Source: Nitrosopumilus sp.
GTDB taxonomy: Archaea; Thermoproteota; Nitrososphaeria; Nitrososphaerales; Nitrosopumilaceae
Direction: 5' to 3'
Assembly: GCA_965205675.1 (NCBI GenBank)
Contig: OZ242186.1
Location: 1,536,001-1,600,000 of the forward strand
Length of the DNA stretch: 64,000 nucleotides
Shown: positions 40,697 to 50,575 of the stretch, piece by piece
Position numbering within the stretch: position 1 is the first letter of the stretch
Layout of the letters: each line of letters starts with the position of its first letter
The notes under the pieces: generated by a model
Told to the model about the DNA's origin: nothing
The model's database searches: none
Seen by the model: only the letters and a program-made list of their open reading frames with translations
Program-made: the position numbers and the translations under genes

Positions 40697-42406
40697 TCAC
40701 TTGTGTGTAAAAATGGCTTGATTCTGTGAATCTTTTCTACAATATCCAAATCTAACAAACTGAATTTCCTCTTCTTCTTTTAATTGTAGATAATATGGTT
40801 CTGTATAAACGTCTAATTCTTCTAAACTATTTTCATTAAATTCTTCATCATTAAACAATGTTTTTGGGATAACCATCTTTATTGCATGTGCCGTTTTCTG
40901 CGGAATCCACTGAATTTTTGGAATATCATTTATTTTTCCATCTTTAACAAATTCTCCCTCTAACTCTATGCCTTGTTTAGTGATAGATACATTGCCTAGT
41001 CCTAAAAGACGAATTTGTGTTCCTTCTTTGATCGTTTGTGCATCTTCTCCAGAAATGTAAAAATTCTCATCAATTTCAATAGTTCGTGTTCCCATATCGT
41101 TTATGGGATGATTTGGAATTTCAACAGAGGATGCTAACAAGTTTTTTACTCTGAGTTTTTTTGCGTTACTTACCATGAATAGTCTTATACTGTTTGGATC
41201 GATAAATTTTCGATTAAAAGCTTCTAGTGCATCAAATGGTGCCAGAGTATTTGCCTTAGTTAATCCCAATGACATGATAAATTTCCTAATCGCTTCGGGT
41301 TTGATTCCTCTTCTTCTTAATGCCTCTAAAGTTGGGAGTCTTGGGTCATCATACCATGAGACTTTTCCTTCTTCAATCAGGGGTTTGATGATTCTTTTTG
41401 ATATTGGCATTCCTTTGAATTCTAGTCTGGAGAAAAAGCCTTGTGTTGGTTTTCGCATCTTTAATGCATCTAAAATCGCATCAATTAGTTCTTTTCTCAA
41501 TTCAAATTCTTTTGAACGAAAAGCATGAGTAACTCCATCAATACTATCTTCTATTGCTACGGCCATATCGTAACTTGGCCATATTCTATATTTTTCTCCT
41601 AATGTGTAATGTTTTCCTTCTATAATTCTAAACAAAACTGGATCTCGCATAACTGCATTATCTGCTTTCATGTCTCCACGAAATCTAACGATGGCATCCC
41701 CTGGTTTGAATTTTGTATTCATCTTTTCCCAATTTTTATTATTTTTATCAATATTTCCTGTACTGCATTTACATGCTTTTCTCGCTCTTCTGTTTTTGCT
41801 GATATCTTCTCTTTTACAAGTACAAACATATGCTTTTCCCGAATTAATCATCTCATTTCCTTTTTCATAAAATAACTCCATATCATCTGATGTACTTTTT
41901 ACGATATCAAATTCTATTCCCAACCATTCCAGTCCTACTTTGATAGCAGCATGATATTCCATTCTCTCTACTTCGGGATTTGTATCATCCATTCTTAGAA
42001 TGAATTTGCCACCATACATTTTTGCATATTCTGAATTAATGATAGCAGCTTTGGCATGACCTATGTGTGGATATCCATTAGGCTCTGGAGGAAATCTGGT
42101 TATCACTTTTCCTTGTTCTGCATCTTTTAATTCTGGAAGTCCTTCCCTTTCTTCAATTTTTTCTTTAGGTGCTAAAATTTCTGGAAAGTTTTCTTTAATT
42201 TCTTTTTCTTGTTCTTCTGATGATAATTGGTTAACTGATGAGACAATTTCAGAAATTCCCCCTGCAATTTCATTTACTTTATTTCTAAATTCGGGCTTTA
42301 TTCCTAAAATTTTTCCTAAAATTATTTTATCTCTAGTTTCTCCTCCATGCTCAAAAGCATTTTGCAGAGTCATCTTTCTAATTTCTTTTCTTAATTCTTC
42401 ATCCAT
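40697..42406 (-). CDS. gltX: Glutamate--tRNA ligase
   Basis: TRFPPEPNGYPHIGH, RMDDTNP, DDPRLPT, QFVRFGY. Confidence 0.96.
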   Translation of the reverse strand: MDEELRKEIRKMTLQNAFEHGGETRDKIILGKILGIKPEFRNKVNEIAGGISEIVSSVNQLSSEEQEKEIKENFPEILAPKEKIEEREGLPELKDAEQGKVITRFPPEPNGYPHIGHAKAAIINSEYAKMYGGKFILRMDDTNPEVERMEYHAAIKVGLEWLGIEFDIVKSTSDDMELFYEKGNEMINSGKAYVCTCKREDISKNRRARKACKCSTGNIDKNNKNWEKMNTKFKPGDAIVRFRGDMKADNAVMRDPVLFRIIEGKHYTLGEKYRIWPSYDMAVAIEDSIDGVTHAFRSKEFELRKELIDAILDALKMRKPTQGFFSRLEFKGMPISKRIIKPLIEEGKVSWYDDPRLPTLEALRRRGIKPEAIRKFIMSLGLTKANTLAPFDALEAFNRKFIDPNSIRLFMVSNAKKLRVKNLLASSVEIPNHPINDMGTRTIEIDENFYISGEDAQTIKEGTQIRLLGLGNVSITKQGIELEGEFVKDGKINDIPKIQWIPQKTAHAIKMVIPKTLFNDEEFNENSLEELDVYTEPYYLQLKEEEEIQFVRFGYCRKDSQNQAIFTHK

Positions 42407-42423
42407 GCTCTTACCTATTACAA

Positions 42424-43404
42424 CTACACACTTCGCTTGACTACAAAATCCAATAATGAGATTAGTTCTGTTTTTGCAGATCCTGAATACTTTTCTAGTG
42501 ATTTTTCTGCTTTTTCTGCATATTTTAGAGCCTGTCTTCTTACATTTTCTTCAATTCCCAGAGAACGAATAATATTTACAGCTTTGTCTAGCTCTTTTTT
42601 TGTTATCTTTGGATTTTTAAATGCTTTTAGAATTATTTTTTTGTCATTACCTTTTGCGGATTTTATTGCCATTAGAATTGGTAGTGATTTTTTACCTTCT
42701 CTTAGATCATTTCCTACGGGTTTTTTTGTAATTTTAGGATCTCCCATTACTCCAATAAGATCATCTGTAATTTGAAATGCAATCCCCAAATTCCTACCAA
42801 ATGATGAAAGATTTGAAATATCTTTTACTTTGTTTGTTGCACAAATTGCCCCCATTGCACATGACACATCAAATAGTGCGGCTGTTTTTTTGCCAATCAT
42901 TGTGATGTATTCTGCCTGTGATGGAATCTTTGTGTCTTCAGCCATTTTTACATCCAGCAATTGGCCTTCACATACATCTACACAGGCCTTTGCAAGTCTA
43001 GAAACTAGTTGCATAGTGGCATTTGCTGATAATTTTGAATCTGTAATAATTTGAAATGCTTTTGAAAACAAAACATCTCCTGCAAGAATTGCAATTGGCA
43101 TACCAAATTTTTTATGAACTGTAGGAACTCCGTGACGTATTTCATCATTATCCATAATATCATCATGAACTAGTGTAAAGTTATGTATCATTTCTACTGC
43201 ACTTGCAGCAGGCATTGTATTGTATACTCTACCCTTTAAAATTTGACAACTTCTAATCACCATGTATGGTCTGAGTCTCTTTCCACCATTTACAATTAGA
43301 TGTCCTGCAGCATCATAGAGTTTTTTTGGATTGCCTTTTAGCTTGGAATTTAGATACTTGTTTACCGTTTTTGCATTTTGTTCCATCTGTTTAGTTTTTT
43401 TCAT
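42424..43404 (-). CDS. idsA: Geranylgeranyl diphosphate synthase
   Basis: GGKRLRP, HDDIMD, FQITDD, DLREGK. Confidence 0.9.
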   Translation of the reverse strand: MKKTKQMEQNAKTVNKYLNSKLKGNPKKLYDAAGHLIVNGGKRLRPYMVIRSCQILKGRVYNTMPAASAVEMIHNFTLVHDDIMDNDEIRHGVPTVHKKFGMPIAILAGDVLFSKAFQIITDSKLSANATMQLVSRLAKACVDVCEGQLLDVKMAEDTKIPSQAEYITMIGKKTAALFDVSCAMGAICATNKVKDISNLSSFGRNLGIAFQITDDLIGVMGDPKITKKPVGNDLREGKKSLPILMAIKSAKGNDKKIILKAFKNPKITKKELDKAVNIIRSLGIEENVRRQALKYAEKAEKSLEKYSGSAKTELISLLDFVVKRSV

Positions 43405-44041
43405 CTACTAATCCCCATTTATCATCTGAGAGATGAATTTTAATTGCTTTTTGTAGTTCATCCTTAACTTCAATATCCATCCATGTAGATAAGACATTTG
43501 TGTACTTTTCAAGCATAGATTTATCTGATTTTTCTAATAATTTTAGTGCAATAAGCATCCACGGACAGTAAATTTTTGGATTTTCTTTTAATTTTGCAAC
43601 TAATTCTTTAGAGGAAATCCATTTTATCTCGTCAATTTCCCCTGCAATTTCTTTTAGTTCTGTAGATTTATCAATTACCCCGATTAATGTTCCACATATC
43701 TCATTTTCAGATCCTATATCTTTGTATGGAGCATGGTATTCGAATTTATGCAAATAATCTAAATTATCACAAATACCCAATTCTTCAGGCATTCTTCTTT
43801 CTCCTGATGACACATACGTTTCGGATTTTCTTGGATGGCTAGCAAATGTTCCGTCCCAATCATTTGGCCATAGCATTTTTTCTTTTGCTCGTCTTGTTAG
43901 AACTAATCTTCCTTCATTATCAAATAATAATGCAGTAAATGCCCTGTGTAATTTTCCATTTGGTAAATGACACTTTACTTTTTCTTCATTGCCAATCGGA
44001 TTATCATTTTTATCAACTAAAATTACAAATTCTTCAGACAT
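43391..44041 (-). CDS. idi: Isopentenyl-diphosphate delta-isomerase, type 1
   Basis: LHRAF, SHP, SENEIC, EI..IKW motifs. Confidence 0.9.
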   Translation of the reverse strand: MSEEFVILVDKNDNPIGNEEKVKCHLPNGKLHRAFTALLFDNEGRLVLTRRAKEKMLWPNDWDGTFASHPRKSETYVSSGERRMPEELGICDNLDYLHKFEYHAPYKDIGSENEICGTLIGVIDKSTELKEIAGEIDEIKWISSKELVAKLKENPKIYCPWMLIALKLLEKSDKSMLEKYTNVLSTWMDIEVKDELQKAIKIHLSDDKWGLVDEKN

Positions 44042-44786
44042 TTTTTTTACCTCTAAACATTGTTCCTTCAAATGTCTTATTTTTAATCGCTTTTACAATT
44101 CTTTCGGGTTTGTTACCATTTACAAAAAACACGTTCATTCCCATTTTTGCAATTTTAAATGCTTCTCCAACTTTTCTAGTCATTCCTCCAGTTACATCCA
44201 TTTTATTTTTAGAGATTAATGGGCGCTCTCCTCTTAGTTCGTAAATTAATTTTTTTGATTTCAAGTCTGAATATAGTCCATCTTCATTTAATACAAAAAT
44301 ACAGAGTTTGGGTTTTAGAATTTTTGCAAGATGAGTCATAATTTTATCTCCTGATAAAATGTATGTTTTTTTTTGACCATACCATAATGCATCGCCATAT
44401 GTGACTGGAATCAAGCCTGATTTTGCAATTTTTTCCATCTCCTTAATTTTTTTAGTTATGGGTTTATTTCCAGACATGAAATCAGTTGGAGGAAGAGAAT
44501 ATGGATTTATTTTATTTTTTAGTAATGAATCTAAAATAATTTTATCTAATTCAATCATTGAATTTTTAACAATTGCAACTCCTCTTGGTTCATATTTCTT
44601 TTCTTTTGTATGCATATCATATTTTACAGACCAATAATGTCCATAGGATCCTCCTCCATGAATAACGATTATTGGTTCATTAATTTTTTTCAAGCTTTGA
44701 GAAAGATTGTCAATTATTTTTTTCCTTGCAGATAATGGTTTTTCTTTATTTGTAATGATAGAACCTCCCAGTTTTATCAGAATCAT
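44034..44786 (-). CDS. ipk: Isopentenyl phosphate kinase
   Basis: KLGGSIITNK, HGGGSYGH, SGD, DVTGGM. Confidence 0.9.
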   Translation of the reverse strand: MILIKLGGSIITNKEKPLSARKKIIDNLSQSLKKINEPIIVIHGGGSYGHYWSVKYDMHTKEKKYEPRGVAIVKNSMIELDKIILDSLLKNKINPYSLPPTDFMSGNKPITKKIKEMEKIAKSGLIPVTYGDALWYGQKKTYILSGDKIMTHLAKILKPKLCIFVLNEDGLYSDLKSKKLIYELRGERPLISKNKMDVTGGMTRKVGEAFKIAKMGMNVFFVNGNKPERIVKAIKNKTFEGTMFRGKKNV

Positions 44787-44809
44787 ACATTTTAAAATTA
44801 TCTGATCAA

Positions 44810-45751
44810 TTAAAAAGTATTCAGACCTTTAAAATCAATCTTAACTGAAAAACAATTATAATTATTGTCTTTGAATTGTTTTATAGTTTGTTCTAAATTC
44901 GATTCGTCTGTAAGTGCATAAATACATCCTCCTCCACCTGCACCTGTAATTTTTGCCCCAAATGATTCTCGTCGGCCTATTTGAATCATTTCTCTTAGTG
45001 TATTATTTGAAATCCCTATCGTTTCAAGATATTCTTGATTTTCTTGAACTTTGTCACCTAATCCTTTAATGTTGTTTTCCTTCAGTAATTCTAAAACTTT
45101 TTCCACTAATTTTGATTCTTTATCACACAATGAAGAAAATCCTGCTTCATCTTTTTCTTTAAATCGTTTCACTTCATTTACTACTAATTCTGTCGAATGT
45201 TCTATGTCTGAATTGGCAATTACTAGATGAAAATTAGGCTCAAATTCTATTTTGTGAAACCCTTTTTTCTTGTTGTATTCCATTATTCCTCCGTATGTAC
45301 ATACAGTGCAATCTGCTCCAGATGTATTTTTAAAAATTGTTTTTTCAGCTTCTATTGCTAATTCTAGAATTTCTTCTTTAGATGGTTTTTTGAACAGTCC
45401 TGCAATTGCTGCTGCACCTGCAACACAACATGCAGATGATGATCCTAAACCCATTCCTAATGGAATGTCTGATTCAACAACAATTCTAATTCCGGTATTT
45501 TGATTTTTTATCATCTTATTTCCTAAATAATAAAATGGTTTTAATGGTGAATTAATTTCTGAAATTGTTTTTTCAGATCCTAATTCCAAATTCCCAATAC
45601 TTGATTTAATGGAAATTTTTCCGTCTTCTGTTTTCTCTGCTGTAACTGTAATTCTCTTATCAATTGCACATAAAATTGCTTTTACTCCATACACAACAAA
45701 ATGTTCTCCAAAAAGAATTACCTTTCCAGGGGCAGAAGCTTTGGATTTCAA
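44810..45751 (-). CDS. mvk: Mevalonate kinase
   Basis: PGKVILFGEH, PLGMGLGSSSA, KITGAGGGG. Confidence 0.93.
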   Translation of the reverse strand: MKSKASAPGKVILFGEHFVVYGVKAILCAIDKRITVTAEKTEDGKISIKSSIGNLELGSEKTISEINSPLKPFYYLGNKMIKNQNTGIRIVVESDIPLGMGLGSSSACCVAGAAAIAGLFKKPSKEEILELAIEAEKTIFKNTSGADCTVCTYGGIMEYNKKKGFHKIEFEPNFHLVIANSDIEHSTELVVNEVKRFKEKDEAGFSSLCDKESKLVEKVLELLKENNIKGLGDKVQENQEYLETIGISNNTLREMIQIGRRESFGAKITGAGGGGCIYALTDESNLEQTIKQFKDNNYNCFSVKIDFKGLNTF

Positions 45752-45777
45752 TTAAACCCTTGAAAAATCTAAAAAAG

Positions 45778-46401
45778 TTATTCGATTTCCTCTTCGATAA
45801 TCTTTGTTTCAAAATCATCGATTTCCTCTTTCATTGGTTCATCTTCTTTCAGTTCACCTCTTTCAATTAAGACTTGACGTACCAATAACCAGTAAACTGT
45901 AGCTAGAGCTTTTCTTCCTCTATTGTTTGCTGGAATAATTACATCCAGATTAGATGTGATGTTGTCTGTATTTGCAATTCCTATAATTGGAATACCTGCA
46001 TTTGTTGCTTCGATAATTGCTTGTTCATCTACTTGTGGATCTGAAATTAAAATTAATTTTGGTTCAATATAGTATGGCAATGAAGGATTTGTCAGAGTTC
46101 CGGGCATGAATCTGTTTAGTAACTTTTTAGCGCCTAAACTCTCACAGAATTTTTCAATTGGAGTTTCGGCATATTGTCTACCTGAACATACGATAAGATT
46201 TTCGGCGCCTAATCTATTGATGAATTTGGCTGCGATTTGAATTTTTTCTAAGGTGATATCCAAATCGAGCATGTATAGTCCTTCAGGACTTGCTTTGGTG
46301 ATGAATGGTTTCATGAATTTGGTCTTAACCTGGGTTCCTACCCTGATTCCGGTAGCTAAAACCTTTTTTTTAATGTCAGTTGCTTCAGTTTGTTGACTCA
46401 T
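45778..46401 (-). CDS. rps2: 30S ribosomal protein S2
   Basis: RFMPGTLTNP, IPANNRG. Confidence 0.95.
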   Translation of the reverse strand: MSQQTEATDIKKKVLATGIRVGTQVKTKFMKPFITKASPEGLYMLDLDITLEKIQIAAKFINRLGAENLIVCSGRQYAETPIEKFCESLGAKKLLNRFMPGTLTNPSLPYYIEPKLILISDPQVDEQAIIEATNAGIPIIGIANTDNITSNLDVIIPANNRGRKALATVYWLLVRQVLIERGELKEDEPMKEEIDDFETKIIEEEIE

Positions 46402-46408
46402 GACGATT

Positions 46409-47647
46409 TTAAATCTCTGCCATACCACATATTAAATCATGCTCTGATAATCGTAATAATTCGTTGAGTTTTGCCACCCTTTCTCCTCCCACAATGCCCA
46501 CTTTGAGCATTTTTGACTTTGTGGCAAGACCAATATGCGATATTTGTGAATCTGTAGATTCTCCTGATCTATGGGATGTGATTAGTTTGATATTGTTTTG
46601 AGTTGCTTCATCAGCAAATTCTAAAGCATCAAAAAGACTACCTGCTTGATTTACTTTTAAAATAGCGGCATTACATGATTTACCTTCAATTGCTTTTTTC
46701 AAGATATTCTTGTTTGTGACAGTGAGATCATCCCCTGTAACCAATGTGTTTGGGAATTTTTTTGTCAATTCTGACATGTCTTCAAATGCTTCTTCATGAA
46801 CTGCATCTTCAGCATAAATTAATTTGAATTTTTCAATAATATTTGCAGCAAAATCAATTTGCTCGCCAGTAGAATTTTCAAATCCTGCCCTGTCATAGAC
46901 ATACTTTGCTTTATCTTTATTCCACTGTGTTGATGATGCAAAGTCAACTCCTAATGATACTTCTTTTCCTAAAGTAAATCCTAAATTTTCACAGGCTTTT
47001 GCAGATATTTCTAATGCTTTTTGATTTTCTAATTTTGGTGCCCAACCTCCTTCATCTCCCCGACCATTTGTAAAATTGGGATCTTCTTTTTCTAAAACAC
47101 AACGTACTTCCTTATGTACTGACAAGTTAGTTTCAATTGCATCTTTGATAGATTTTGAGCCTATAGCACAAATTAGTATCTCCTGAATGTCGGGCGTTCC
47201 AGGACCTGCATGTGCTCCCCCTCCCAAAATATTTCCTAAAGGATACGGGAATTTGAATGAAGATTCTGATGAGAGTGTTTTAAACAATGGTTCGCCGGAT
47301 GCTTTTGATGCTGATTCCATGGCTGCAATGGTAACTGCAAAAGCTAGTGCCCCTCCAACAATTGAATAATTTGTTGAGCCATCTATATTTTTTAAAACAT
47401 TATGAATTCCTTGTAAATCTGATGATTCTAGACCAACAAATTTTTGAGAATTTTCTTTTAAAATTTTGAGACTTTCTTCAGGATTTTTGTTTGGAAAACT
47501 AACTGCTTCGTATTTTCCCACACTTGCACCTGATGGTGCACAGACTCTTCCTAAAAATTCATTATCTGATTGAACATCAACTTCAACTGTTTTACTACCT
47601 CGACTGTTGTATAAAATACGTCCTTCAATCGAGGATATTTTTGCCAA
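46409..47647 (-). CDS. eno: Enolase
   Basis: PSGAS, GDEGG, GDDL, SHRSGE, ERVAKLNEL. Confidence 0.95.
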   Translation of the reverse strand: MAKISSIEGRILYNSRGSKTVEVDVQSDNEFLGRVCAPSGASVGKYEAVSFPNKNPEESLKILKENSQKFVGLESSDLQGIHNVLKNIDGSTNYSIVGGALAFAVTIAAMESASKASGEPLFKTLSSESSFKFPYPLGNILGGGAHAGPGTPDIQEILICAIGSKSIKDAIETNLSVHKEVRCVLEKEDPNFTNGRGDEGGWAPKLENQKALEISAKACENLGFTLGKEVSLGVDFASSTQWNKDKAKYVYDRAGFENSTGEQIDFAANIIEKFKLIYAEDAVHEEAFEDMSELTKKFPNTLVTGDDLTVTNKNILKKAIEGKSCNAAILKVNQAGSLFDALEFADEATQNNIKLITSHRSGESTDSQISHIGLATKSKMLKVGIVGGERVAKLNELLRLSEHDLICGMAEI

Positions 47648-47648
47648 G

Positions 47649-47885
47649 TTATTCTAACTCAGATTGAACTTCTTGTTTTCTTCTCTGAATTGCTTCGTAG
47701 AATGGAATTACTTGTTGTATTGTTTCTACAGTAGTCAAAAGCATTCTTCTGCAACAATATCTTTCAAGACCTAAAGAATCGAGAGTTTTTGTAGAATTTT
47801 CACCTGCTTTAAGTTTATTTTGATAATCTTCAAATTTATCAGCAATTAATTTTCCACAAGTTAAACATCTAACAGGAATTAACAC
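47649..47885 (-). CDS. rpoN: RNA polymerase subunit N (Rpo10)
   Basis: IPVRCLTCGK...RYCCRRM. Confidence 0.95.
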   Translation of the reverse strand: MLIPVRCLTCGKLIADKFEDYQNKLKAGENSTKTLDSLGLERYCCRRMLLTTVETIQQVIPFYEAIQRRKQEVQSELE

Positions 47886-48417
47886 GAACAAAAAAGTAAC
47901 CAAGGATTATAAAAACTATTGAAAAACGTGGATTAATCTCATAGTTTCGCTTTTTTTATTTCATAGAGTTATGACTTTTACGCCTAATCTCCTACCTTCT
48001 CTTCAAATAATCTCTGACATTATGACATCTGCCATTTCATGATTTGTTACACAGATCACTAGAATTTACCACATCCTTCATGTATTTTGTTGGGTTAACT
48101 GATCAAAAAGTTTTTTGTTTTGGAATTATTTAGTTCACGAACTTTGTCTTTTCGCTATACTCTATCAGATTTGGAAACTGTGTCTACATCTCTTGAACTG
48201 CTGATATATTGAACATCATCGTCAGTAACTAAGAAATTATAGGATTTCGTTTCCAATCAGTTGTTTAAATCAGTGTTTTTTTATTAGTTGATAGTTATTC
48301 TTATTTTATGAAATAAAATTATAAAATTAGAATAAATATTATAAAGGCGTTATGAATTACAATTTGTAATAACATGTATAACAAAATAAAAAAATACAGA
48401 TCATTTTATTTGCTTCT

Positions 48418-49554
48418 TTGATTGTTGCAATGATATTACCATTTAGTATAATTGACATTGCAGAAGCAGAGGTCAACAATAAAAACCCTAAAGATAAAAC
48501 TTTGGAAAGAATCCAAGAAAAAGTAGAACGTGAATTAGTCTTAAAAGAACAAAAATCACTTGACATTGAGGAAAAAGATTTAAAGAAAAGAATCAAATCT
48601 GAAAAAAATATAAGTGAAAAAATAAAGATCAATAAACGAATTGCTGAAATAAAATCTCAAAAGGATGAAATTGAAAGAATCAATCACATGAAAGATATTC
48701 CAAAAACACAAGTGGAAAGACTAATCCATCAACAAGATACTTTTGAAAGAAAGTTATTGAATTCTGATGCAGTAAAATTTGTTACTAGTATAGGTATAGA
48801 CATCACTAGTAAAGAAATTCAAATTGGATTGAATAAAAATATTGTAAATTCTGATAATATCGATTTAATTGTTTCAGAACTTGAACAAATGATGCCTCAA
48901 AATATAAAATGGCATGTTGTTTATTCTACTCCTGCAGAAGCATTATCTTGTAATCAAAATGAATGTACTCCGATAATTGGAGGAAATTACATCAAAGTAT
49001 CTGGAATGGAGGCTGCTTGTAGTTTCGGTTTTCAAGCCAAGAAGGGTTTAACACGGGGTTGGATAACTGCAGGACATTGTGCAGATGGTAGAGTTGGAAG
49101 CAGTGTAAAAGACTATTCAAATGATAATATTGGAACTGTAAGTTCTGAGAAATCCTATTGGGGTAATTGTGACTGTGCATGGATTACAAGTGGTTCGAGT
49201 ATAGCCGACAACAAAGTATATGGTGGTGGGACTCACATAATAACCAAAACTACTTCGGCTTCTGGACAACAAAACGACACTATTATGAAATCAGGTCAAG
49301 GAGGGGGTGTAGACTTTGGAACAGTTTCAGCAATTCATGTAACTGTTTTGAATGTGGCTCAAGGTGAGTACGTCAGAGATCTTGTAAGATCTAACACTGT
49401 AATGGCACATGGTGATAGTGGCGGTACTGTTGTTGAGAGTGGTGATAAAGGTGATTTGTATGGAATTGTTGCCACACATGATTGGTGGGGATATTATCAC
49501 ACACCAATTGATCAAATCACATCTCAAATGGGCATAACTGCTGTCTTAAATTGA
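48418..49554 (+). CDS. Secreted chymotrypsin-like (S1, alpha-lytic-type) serine protease; likely true ATG at 48374 is out of frame
   Basis: Triad TAGHC, CDCAW, GDSGG; coiled-coil pro-region; signal peptide ILFASLIVAMILPFS. Confidence 0.85.
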   Translation: MIVAMILPFSIIDIAEAEVNNKNPKDKTLERIQEKVERELVLKEQKSLDIEEKDLKKRIKSEKNISEKIKINKRIAEIKSQKDEIERINHMKDIPKTQVERLIHQQDTFERKLLNSDAVKFVTSIGIDITSKEIQIGLNKNIVNSDNIDLIVSELEQMMPQNIKWHVVYSTPAEALSCNQNECTPIIGGNYIKVSGMEAACSFGFQAKKGLTRGWITAGHCADGRVGSSVKDYSNDNIGTVSSEKSYWGNCDCAWITSGSSIADNKVYGGGTHIITKTTSASGQQNDTIMKSGQGGGVDFGTVSAIHVTVLNVAQGEYVRDLVRSNTVMAHGDSGGTVVESGDKGDLYGIVATHDWWGYYHTPIDQITSQMGITAVLN

Positions 49555-49602
49555 GGAATTTTCTTCTTCTATATATTTTAATAAATTAAAAATCAATAAA
49601 AT

Positions 49603-49860
49603 ATGACAAATAAAAAAATTATACTTTTTGTGTCAATAGTTGTTTTAATTTTATTAATTGTAATGACTATGGTTATTCCAGCATATTTGTATCGTCAATC
49701 AGATGATCTTCTCACAATTAACTATGTTTGTACAACAGGACTAAAACCAGATGCTTTTTCAGCTTGGAAAGCATATAACAATGGAACCCATACTATTGAT
49801 ATGGATTCGTGTGTCTGGATAAAAAATGTCCATGTTACATCTGCTTATAATGGAACATAG
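49603..49860 (+). CDS. Small membrane-anchored protein with two Cys
   Basis: N-terminal TM; NNGTHTIDMDSCVW. Confidence 0.65.
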   Translation: MTNKKIILFVSIVVLILLIVMTMVIPAYLYRQSDDLLTINYVCTTGLKPDAFSAWKAYNNGTHTIDMDSCVWIKNVHVTSAYNGT

Positions 49861-49938
49861 ATGTATGTATCAAGCTTCACACATAAATCAATACCATTAC
49901 ACAAAAAATCAAAGATCAACTAAATCATTCTACAATAC

Positions 49939-50193
49939 ATGTCAGAGCGTGGTCATGAGAGAATCATCTTACAATTACAAGAAAAAGTAAAACAACTCAC
50001 GCAAAAATTATCATACTATGAAAATCCACACTCACCACCATCAAAAAATTCACTTGAATGGAGAAAACAGAAACAAGATGCAAAGAAAAACAGAGATTCT
50101 GATTCTGGCAAATCAAAACGTGGTGGTATACCCGGTCACAAAGGTGCAACACAGAAATTCACCCCAACTATACTGTCTAACAAATATTCATGA
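49939..50193 (+). pseudogene. IS66 transposase N-terminal fragment
   Basis: Coiled coil plus ENPHSPPSK...KRGGIPGHKG, then truncated. Confidence 0.7.
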
Positions 50194-50326
50194 CCCAAAA
50201 TCTTCCAAATTATGCTAATTCCTGAAATTTAAACTTGAATCTACAATGTACGTAAACCGAGTTCAGAATAGGATAACGAATTTTTGTTATTGAGTATGGT
50301 TTCCAAAAGGCTCACCACAGTTCAAT

Positions 50327-50573
50327 AGACCTCTTGCGTAATTACAAACAAAATCTTATCTTTCATTGAATTTAATTTCAAATAATTTCTGAGATTATGG
50401 AATCACATCAAAGTGCTGCTGAGTCACTCCAGTAAAAGAGAGAGATGATCTTGGCTTTTTTGAGAATTGCTTGTATGTTAACATGAAATGTGTTAGGTTG
50501 TTCTTAGCTTTGGATCTTGTTGTGAATGAATTTGTGTAATATGGTAAAATATGTCTAATTGCGCAAGAGGTCT
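50327..50573 (-). mobile_element. 247-bp IS5 deletion derivative inserted into an IS630 fragment
   Basis: Both IS5 TIRs present; internal deletion joins the two GAATCACA sites of the full element; left flank matches IS630 orfB (WFPKGSPQFN). Confidence 0.88.
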
Positions 50574-50575
50574 AG

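Noticed and set aside
43391-44041. Type 1 IDI in an archaeon as recent horizontal transfer
   Set aside because: Known for thaumarchaea and embedded in the conserved mvk-ipk-idi-idsA operon
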